From an uncultured candidatus Porisulfidus sp. (GTDB taxonomy: Bacteria; Pseudomonadota; Gammaproteobacteria; Poriferisulfidales; Poriferisulfidaceae): a stretch of 64,000 bases of DNA. Under the pieces are notes generated by a model that made no database searches, had not been told where the DNA came from, and saw nothing but the letters and a program-made list of their open reading frames with translations. Position 1 is the first letter of the stretch, and each line of letters starts with the position of its first letter. This document shows positions 54,482-64,000 of this stretch, piece by piece. A program made the position numbers and the translations under genes. The stretch spans positions 992,001 to 1,056,000 of the forward strand of contig OZ241993.1 in assembly GCA_965204575.1 (NCBI GenBank). The letters run 5' to 3'.

Positions 54482-55533
54482 TCAAGGTGTTCCGCGAATG
54501 GTACGGGCGGCATTTCACGGACCCGCAGCAGGTCACCCTGCTGTTGCTGATCGGCCTGGGGCTGGCCCTGGCCCTGTTCATCGGCGACATCCTGGCGCCG
54601 CTTCTGGTCAGCGTCCTTCTGGCCTACATCCTCGAAGGGCTGATCCGCACGCTGGAGGAGGCCCGGATCCCGCGGTTGTTCTCCTTCCTCCTGGTCTACG
54701 TCCTGTTCGTGGCGGTCCTGTTGCTGTTGCTGCTGCGCCTGGTGCCGGTGCTGTCGGAACAGATCGTGGATCTCGCGGCGCGGCTGCCGAGCATGGTCGC
54801 GGCGGGGCAGCGTTGGGTCGAGTCGCTCCCGGACCTTTACCCGGAACTGGTCAGCCCGACCCAGGTGGAACAGATCCTGACGGCGGTGCGGGTGGAAGTG
54901 CTGGCGTTCGCGGACGAGATCATCCGCTTTTCCCTGGACACGGTGGTGGACGTGCTGTCGATCGTGGTGTACACGGTCGTCGTGCCGATCCTGGTGTTCT
55001 TCCTGCTCAAGGACAAGCGGCGGATCCTGGACTGGGCCAAGACCTACCTGCCGGCACCGCAGTCGCTCAGTTCCCGGGTCTGGGGCGAAATGGACCTGAA
55101 GGTGTCGCAGTACCTCCGCGGCAAGCTGATCGAGATCGGGGTGGTCTGGGTCGCGACGTTCTTCGCGTTCGCGCTGTTCGGCCTGCAGTATGCGCTGCTG
55201 CTGTCGTTCCTGGTCGGACTGTCGGTCATCATCCCGTACGTGGGCGCGGTGGTGGTGACGGTCCCGGTGATGCTGGTTGCCGCCTTCCAGTGGGGCCTGA
55301 GCCCGGAGTTCGCCTACCTGATGCTGGCCTACCTCGTGATCCAGTTCCTGGACGGAAACCTTCTGGTGCCGCTGCTGTTCTCGGAGGCGGTCGACCTCCA
55401 TCCGGCCGCCATCCTGACCGCGATCCTGGTGTTCGGCGGGTTCTGGGGCGTATGGGGCGTGCTGTTCGCCATCCCCTTGGCTTCGCTGATCGACGTGGTG
55501 CTGCGCAGTTGGCCGCGCGCCGCGCCGGACTAG
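54478..55533 (+). CDS. AI-2E family transporter (PerM-like)
   Basis: Multi-TM; IPYVGA, IQFLDGN..P.LFSEAVDLHP, FAIPLA. Confidence 0.9.
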   Translation: MIKVFREWYGRHFTDPQQVTLLLLIGLGLALALFIGDILAPLLVSVLLAYILEGLIRTLEEARIPRLFSFLLVYVLFVAVLLLLLLRLVPVLSEQIVDLAARLPSMVAAGQRWVESLPDLYPELVSPTQVEQILTAVRVEVLAFADEIIRFSLDTVVDVLSIVVYTVVVPILVFFLLKDKRRILDWAKTYLPAPQSLSSRVWGEMDLKVSQYLRGKLIEIGVVWVATFFAFALFGLQYALLLSFLVGLSVIIPYVGAVVVTVPVMLVAAFQWGLSPEFAYLMLAYLVIQFLDGNLLVPLLFSEAVDLHPAAILTAILVFGGFWGVWGVLFAIPLASLIDVVLRSWPRAAPD

Positions 55534-55540
55534 GGAAGAA

Positions 55541-56023
55541 TCAGGCTTTCGACAGGTCGGCGACTGCCGCCAGCACTTCCGCCGCGTGTTCGGGCACCCG
55601 GACCTTGCGCCAGACGCGGCGCACGACGCCCTCCGGGTCGATCAGGAAGGTGCTGCGCTCGATGCCGCGGACTTTCCGCCCGTACATGTTCTTCATCTTG
55701 ATGACGTCGTAGCGCTTGCAGGCGACCTCGTCCGGGTCGGAGAGGAGCTGGAACGGGAACTTGTGCTTGGACTTGAAGTTCTCATGCATCTTGAGCGTGT
55801 CGCGGGAGATGCCGAAGACGACGGTCCGGCGCCGGCGGAAGCGCGGGTACAGGTCGCGGAAATCCTGGCCCTCGGCGGTGCAGCCGGGCGTGTTGTCCTT
55901 GGGATAGAAGTACACCACCACGGGGCGGCCACGGAGTTCGGACAGACGCACGGGCTTGCCGCCCGTCGCCACCAGTTCGAAGTCTGGAGCCTTGTTGCCT
56001 TCCGCAACCGGTTTCCGCGCCAT
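55541..56023 (-). CDS. bcp: Peroxiredoxin Bcp
   Basis: YFYPKDNTPGCT, GIERSTFLID. Confidence 0.95.
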   Translation of the reverse strand: MARKPVAEGNKAPDFELVATGGKPVRLSELRGRPVVVYFYPKDNTPGCTAEGQDFRDLYPRFRRRRTVVFGISRDTLKMHENFKSKHKFPFQLLSDPDEVACKRYDVIKMKNMYGRKVRGIERSTFLIDPEGVVRRVWRKVRVPEHAAEVLAAVADLSKA

Positions 56024-56139
56024 TTTCTACGAATGACTTCAGAATTAAGGAGATTTCAGCATAGCATATTCGGGAGTGCGCCCCGAAGGGGGGTGAGGCA
56101 GCGATTTCGAGGGCTGCCGCCTCCAAGTCACCCTGTCGC

Positions 56140-56472
56140 CTACTCCAGGATCGCGGCAAGACGGGCGAGCACGTCGTTCATGATGGATTCAGGAACGGTG
56201 TCGACACATCTTCCTTTCCGGGCACCGAGGTCAAGTGCGCGAGGCTGGTCGCAGCGGATTACCCCGGTTGTCCGGGTATCCGCGCCCTCCAGGGAAACCG
56301 CGAAGCCGCGCCTGCGCGCAAATCCTCCACCCGTGGCGATGGGCAGAACGACGGGGATCCCGGTGAGATGGTTGAAAGGGGCGGGAGAGACGATCAGGAC
56401 GGGTCGGGTTCCCTGCTGTTCATGGCCCGCGGTGGGATCAAGGCTGACGAGCCAGATGTCGCCTCGCTCCAC
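56140..56472 (-). CDS. pemK: PemK/MazF endoribonuclease toxin
   Basis: MERGDIWLVSLDPTAGHEQQGTRPVLIVS..TTGVIRCDQPRALD, of the plasmid PemK/Kid type. Confidence 0.93.
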   Translation of the reverse strand: MERGDIWLVSLDPTAGHEQQGTRPVLIVSPAPFNHLTGIPVVLPIATGGGFARRRGFAVSLEGADTRTTGVIRCDQPRALDLGARKGRCVDTVPESIMNDVLARLAAILE

Positions 56473-56729
56473 TACAGCAACTCGCGGCCGACCGGCTTCG
56501 CCTCAACCCAGGCGCGGTCTTTGGCAGAAGTGGGAGCGGTCTCGTCGCATTGCCCCAGGAGGTCATCAAGCGAATAACGGGGGCGTGCCTCGGGCTCAAT
56601 CACCAGACGGCCATCCTGGACGTCGATCTCCACCTTGGCTCCGGCTCCAAGTTTCAGGAGGTCGAGAATGGCGGGAGGGACTGCGAGCATGATGGAACCG
56701 CCGACCTTCCGCAGGTTTGTCGAGTGCAT
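56472..56729 (-). CDS. pemI: PemI/MazE (AbrB-fold) antitoxin
   Basis: MHSTNLRKVGGSIMLAVPPA..PRYSLDDLL.QCD..PVGREL; GGAGG RBS. Confidence 0.93.
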   Translation of the reverse strand: MHSTNLRKVGGSIMLAVPPAILDLLKLGAGAKVEIDVQDGRLVIEPEARPRYSLDDLLGQCDETAPTSAKDRAWVEAKPVGRELL

Positions 56730-56743
56730 GAATGCCTCCATTA

Positions 56744-56761
56744 GTTATATATAAATATAAC
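56744..56761. promoter_or_regulatory. pemIK operator palindrome
   Basis: GTTATAT-ATAA-ATATAAC dyad immediately upstream of the antitoxin RBS. Confidence 0.75.
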
Positions 56762-56878
56762 AAATGCAGGATCGAAACACCAGCCGCAGACCTTGTGTCT
56801 AGAAAGCATATCGGCGGGTTCGACGGGATTATTGGCGGGGTTAAGTTAAACTGTAAAGGCGTATCCACCGGCTCTCGC

Positions 56879-57763
56879 ATGACGACTTTTCAAGGCAGCA
56901 TGGTTGCCATGGCAACCCCCATGAGTGCATCAGGGGAGGTGGACTATGCGGCACTGTCCGCGCTGGTGGACTTCCATCTGGAGCAGGGCAGCGATGCGCT
57001 GGTTCCGGTCGGCACGACGGGAGAATCGGCGACCTTGAGCGTGGAAGAGCACCACGAGGTGATCCGCCGCGTGGTGAAGCAGGTGAATGGGCGGATTCCG
57101 GTCATCGCGGGCACCGGCGCCAACGCCACCACCGAGGCCATCGAACTGACCCGCTACGCCCACGAGGCTGGAGCCGATGCCTGCCTGCTGGTGACCCCGT
57201 ACTACAACAAGCCGACCCAAGAGGGTCTGTACCGGCATTACCGGGCCATTGCCGGGGCCGTGCCGATTCCGCAGATCCTGTATAACGTCCCGGGCCGGAC
57301 GGCCTGCGACATGCTGCCGGAGACGGTGGCACGACTGTCCGAGCTGGGGTCGATCATCGGCATCAAGGAGGCGACCGGCGACCTGGAGCGAATCCGGCGT
57401 TTGCGCGAGTTGTGCGACGATGCGTTCATAATCATTAGCGGAGACGACGAGACATCCATGGAAACGCTGTTCAACGGAGGCCGGGGAGTGATCACGGTGA
57501 CAGGGAATGTGGCGCCCAGACTGATGCACGAGATGTGCCAGGCGGCGCTGGACGGAGACGAAGAAACGGCGCGGGCCTGCAACGGCAAGCTGGAGCGCCT
57601 CCATCGGGACCTGTTCGTCGAATCCAACCCGATCCCGGTCAAGTGGTGCCTGAACCGGATGGGGTTGATTCCGGAGGGCATCCGGTTGCCGCTGACCCCG
57701 CTTTCGGAAGCGCACCACGAGACCCTGTGTGCCGCCATGCGTGCGGCGGAGGTGCTGGAATGA
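56879..57763 (+). CDS. dapA: 4-hydroxy-tetrahydrodipicolinate synthase
   Basis: GTTGES, PYYNKP, YNVPGRT, GIKEA, SNPIPVK. Confidence 0.97.
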   Translation: MTTFQGSMVAMATPMSASGEVDYAALSALVDFHLEQGSDALVPVGTTGESATLSVEEHHEVIRRVVKQVNGRIPVIAGTGANATTEAIELTRYAHEAGADACLLVTPYYNKPTQEGLYRHYRAIAGAVPIPQILYNVPGRTACDMLPETVARLSELGSIIGIKEATGDLERIRRLRELCDDAFIIISGDDETSMETLFNGGRGVITVTGNVAPRLMHEMCQAALDGDEETARACNGKLERLHRDLFVESNPIPVKWCLNRMGLIPEGIRLPLTPLSEAHHETLCAAMRAAEVLE

Positions 57764-58851
57764 AGCGCTGGCTGTGGGCGGGTTGCCTGGCGGGCATGCT
57801 CGCGGGTTGCGGGGACGAGCCTTTGACCGTCGAGGAACTGGTCGGCGAGGCGGCGGACGTGTTCGAATCCGACTGGTTCGGGGGCGAGGAAGAGTATGGC
57901 GCCAGCCAGTCGACGGAAGCGCTCAGGGTGCCGCCGCAGTTGTCCCTGCCGGATACCAGCAAGCAGTTGATCATCCCGGAGTTCGGCGGGGTCAGCGCCA
58001 AGAAGACCGACCGGGGCCAGGCCGCGGTGTTGCCGAGCTTCCTGGAAATGAAGGTGCGCCGGGAGGGCAATGTGCGCTGGCTGGAAGTGGGTTCGGACCC
58101 GGTCACCTTGTGGCCGCACCTGCGCGCGTTCTGGGAAGACCAGGGGTTCGAGCTGGCCCAGGAGGCGCCGCTGGTCGGTTTGCTGGAGACGCGGTGGCGC
58201 GAGAAGGCGGATGACGTCCGGGCCTTGGAAGCGGAGGGCGGCAGCCCTTATTACGCGGCATCCCGCGAGAAGTTTCGGCTGCGGATGGAGCGCGAGCCGA
58301 ATGCCTACGCCAACGTGTTCATCACGCGTCAGAAGTTGGAAGTGGCGGGCGTGGGTGACAACAATTCGGTGGTCTGGAAGCCCGGGCGGCCGGATCCGGA
58401 ACGGGAAGCCGAGATGCTGATTCGCCTGATGGAATACCTGGGCGCGTCGCGGATGGAGGGCGTCGCCACCTTGGAGGAAGAGGAGGTGGAGGAGACCGTC
58501 GGTCTTGATCTGCAGTATGTCGGCGGCATTCCGGTGCTGATGGTGGAGGACGAATACAGCAGCGTATGGCGCCAGGTCGGCGTGGCTCTGGAACGCTCGG
58601 GGCTGTACGTGGTCGACTCTGATCGCGGCCAAGGCACCTACGTGTTCCGCTACCGGAGCGGGGATTCCGCCGACGGAAAAGACGTCCTGCTGGAAGTGCA
58701 CCTCTTGGCGCGCGAGGAAAACCTGACGCTGCTGACGGTGCACCGGCACAAATCGAAGCAACCCGTCCGCAAGGAACTGACCCGCAGCGTGTTGCGCTCG
58801 ATCCTGGCCGCATACGCGCTGGTGCCCCGCGCCACGGCCGACGCGAAATAA
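57760..58851 (+). CDS. bamC: Outer membrane protein assembly lipoprotein BamC
   Basis: LAGC lipobox, L.VPP.L, G..ET.W; position after dapA. Confidence 0.85.
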   Translation: MKRWLWAGCLAGMLAGCGDEPLTVEELVGEAADVFESDWFGGEEEYGASQSTEALRVPPQLSLPDTSKQLIIPEFGGVSAKKTDRGQAAVLPSFLEMKVRREGNVRWLEVGSDPVTLWPHLRAFWEDQGFELAQEAPLVGLLETRWREKADDVRALEAEGGSPYYAASREKFRLRMEREPNAYANVFITRQKLEVAGVGDNNSVVWKPGRPDPEREAEMLIRLMEYLGASRMEGVATLEEEEVEETVGLDLQYVGGIPVLMVEDEYSSVWRQVGVALERSGLYVVDSDRGQGTYVFRYRSGDSADGKDVLLEVHLLAREENLTLLTVHRHKSKQPVRKELTRSVLRSILAAYALVPRATADAK

Positions 58852-58893
58852 TCCAGTTTTAGGATCGCGGTCCGGCCGGAAGCCGGGCCGCGG

Positions 58894-59790
58894 TCAGTCG
58901 TCCTTGTCTTGCGGAGTGATGCCGGACTGCATCCGGGACATGGCGAGGTAGGTGATGTTGTCGCGCCGCGAGATGACGTCCCGGGACTTGTCCTTTTCGA
59001 TGCAGGCGTAAGCCGAGTGGTTGTGGATGGACTCGAAGTTCTCCGATTCCACCTTGTAGGCCCGGACCCGGTCGTCCTCGTTGAGCCGCAGGGCGAGGTC
59101 GCGGACCATGTCTTCCACGAATTTGGGGTTGTCGTAGGCACGCTCGGTGACGTACTTCTCGTCCGGGCGCTTGAGCAGCCCGTACAGTTCGCAGGATGCC
59201 TCGCTCTCGGCCATCTCGATCAGGTCTTCGATCCAGACCGGCTTCGTCAGGGTCACGCTGAGCGTGATGCGGGAGCGTTGGTTGTGCGCGCCGTAGTCCG
59301 AGATGCTCTTGGAGCAGGGGCACAGGCTGGTGACCGGGATCGCGATGGAGGCGGTCAGGCGCGTGTCGCCGCGGTTGAAGCGCCCGCTCAGGCGGATCTG
59401 GTAGTCCAGGTAACTGCGCACGCCGGACACCGGGGCGGCCTTGTTTATGAAGAACGGGAAGGCCATTTCGATGAAGCCTTCCTCCGCGTCGAGCCGGATC
59501 GCCATGTCGCGCAGCAGCCCGTTGAAGTTTTCCAGCGAGACCGCTTTCTTGTGATCCTGCAGGACATGTACGAAGCGGGACATGTGCGTGCCCTTGACCT
59601 CCGGCGGCAGGTTGACCGTCATGGTCAGCCGTGCGACCGTGGATTGGGGCTTGCCGCTGCGGTCGACGAACTCGATCGGGTGCAGAATGTCCTTGATGCC
59701 GACCTGGTTGATCGGGATCGCCCGCGTGTCCGCCGAGCTTTGCTCGTCGTGTAGATGATCGCCGTGCTGGAGAGGATCGGAGTAAGCCAT
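58894..59790 (-). CDS. folE2: GTP cyclohydrolase IB
   Basis: [32 protein letters not shown]. Confidence 0.96.
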   Translation of the reverse strand: MAYSDPLQHGDHLHDEQSSADTRAIPINQVGIKDILHPIEFVDRSGKPQSTVARLTMTVNLPPEVKGTHMSRFVHVLQDHKKAVSLENFNGLLRDMAIRLDAEEGFIEMAFPFFINKAAPVSGVRSYLDYQIRLSGRFNRGDTRLTASIAIPVTSLCPCSKSISDYGAHNQRSRITLSVTLTKPVWIEDLIEMAESEASCELYGLLKRPDEKYVTERAYDNPKFVEDMVRDLALRLNEDDRVRAYKVESENFESIHNHSAYACIEKDKSRDVISRRDNITYLAMSRMQSGITPQDKDD

Positions 59791-59941
59791 CCGAATCTAC
59801 GCTTCCTGTTTATCCGGTTAGCCCATATTACTCTGGAATAGGCGGTGGGGCAAATGACGGGATTCCCGACCCCCAAAGCCCTGCGGGCGGGATTCGGTGG
59901 GCGATAATAGGGGTTAACTTGGAATCTGATTCGTCGGTCTC

Positions 59942-62607
<2,666 letters not shown>

Positions 62608-62611
<4 letters not shown>

Positions 62612-63879
62612 GCCAGGAAGTCCGGGTCCCCGACATGGGGGATGTCGAGGAAGCGGAGGTGATCGAGGTCTTCGTACAGGCCGGGCAGTCGATTTCCGTA
62701 GACGAGCCGCTGATTACCCTGGAATCGGACAAGGCCGCGATGGACCTGCCGTCGCCATTCGACGGTGTGGTGGAGGCCGTACACGTCAAAGTCGGGGATA
62801 TGTTGGCGGTGGATGCACTGGTCGTGACCCTGACCGACCGTCCGGATGACTCCGAACCGGAGCCGGAAGCACCCGAGGCCGAATCCGCACCGTCTTCGAA
62901 GCCGGTTGCCACGAAGCCAGCTGAACCCGTTGCCAGTCCGGCCCCGCCGCCGATTGCCCCGGAGCCTCGCCGCCTTGGCACCTTGCCCCACGCCGGGCCT
63001 GCCGTACGCCGTTTCGCGCGTGAACTCGGCGTGGATCTGGAGCAGGTCTCTGGCAGCGGCCGCAAAGGCCGGGTTACGCACGAGGATGTCCAGCTCTACG
63101 TCAAGGCGATCCTGACGCGGCAACAAGAGCCGACGGCAGCCGTCCGTCCGTCCGGGCCGCCGGTGGACGCCGAACGATTCGGCCCGACCCGGACCGAGCC
63201 GCTGACCCGTATCCAACGGCGTTCTGGTGCCAACCTTCAGCGCAATTGGCAACTGGCCCCCCACGTGGCCCAGCACCACAAGGCGGACATCACGGAACTG
63301 GATAAACGGCGGAAGGAATTGCGCGGGCAGAAAGGGTTCGAGTCCCTGACGCTGACCGCCTGCGTGCTTCAGGCTTGCGCCCAGGTGCTGAAGCAGTTTC
63401 CCCGCGTCAATGCCTCGCTGAGCGAAGACGGGCGAGACCTGATCGTCCGCGAGTACGTTCACATCGGGTTCGCGGCGAACACCGACGAGGGTTTGGTTGT
63501 CCCGGTGATTCGCGATGCCGACCAGAAATCGATTTCCGTCCTCTCTGGAGAGGTTGCGGCCTTGGCCGAACGCGCCCGGGACCAGCAGCTGACCGCCGAG
63601 GACATGCAGGGCGGCGGCTTCACCTTGTCCAACCTCGGCGGCATCGGGGGTGGGCATTTCACCCCTGTCATCAACCTGCCCCAGGTGGCGGTGCTGGGCA
63701 TCTCGCGCGCGGTGCGCGAGCCCGCCTGTATTGAAGACAAGGTCGGGTCCCGGCTGATGATGCCGCTGTCGCTGTCCTACGACCACCGCGTCATCGACGG
63801 CGTAGAAGGAGCCCGGTTCGTGATGGCTCTGGCCGCATTGCTGGAGAATCCCGACGAGTTGGACTGGGGAGAGGGGTAA
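62608..63879 (+). CDS. aceF: Pyruvate dehydrogenase E2 (single lipoyl domain)
   Basis: LESDKA lipoyl motif, E3-binding domain, DHRVIDG. Confidence 0.96.

Positions 63880-64000
<121 letters not shown>

Overview
GC-rich gammaproteobacterial chromosome segment, probably from a sulfur oxidiser (dissimilatory-type Sat). Housekeeping backbone: tRNA-Leu-tig-clpP-clpX-lon-hupB-tRNA-Val-tRNA-Asp-ppiD, a DAACS symporter, fabI, a peptide ABC transporter, urea uptake and urease genes (urtABCDE-ureD-ureABC-ureEFG), sat, clpB, proS, perM-bcp, dapA-bamC, folE2 and aceEF-lpdA. The start of a type IVb-like pilus operon (pilL-like gene plus a lipoprotein secretin) lies at the left edge. Small accessory inserts, most of them visibly lower in GC, are wedged into this backbone with no integrase. 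They include an 8-kb defence island (DUF2188, an uncharacterised coupled three-gene operon, fitA with an internally deleted vapC, type I R-M), an orphan antitoxin with a PaeR7I/XhoI-like type II R-M pair, hicBA, a Panacea TA pair, a DUF2335 pair, an orphan higA and pemIK/mazEF. Main observations: (1) three 1.0-1.3 kb cassettes are bracketed by direct repeats, two of which duplicate the 3' ends of ureD and clpB; (2) an uncharacterised tripartite operon ends in a possible ADP-ribosyltransferase-fold toxin; (3) both R-M operons are headed by antitoxins whose toxins are disabled or missing. All family calls come from reading motifs by eye; no searches were run.
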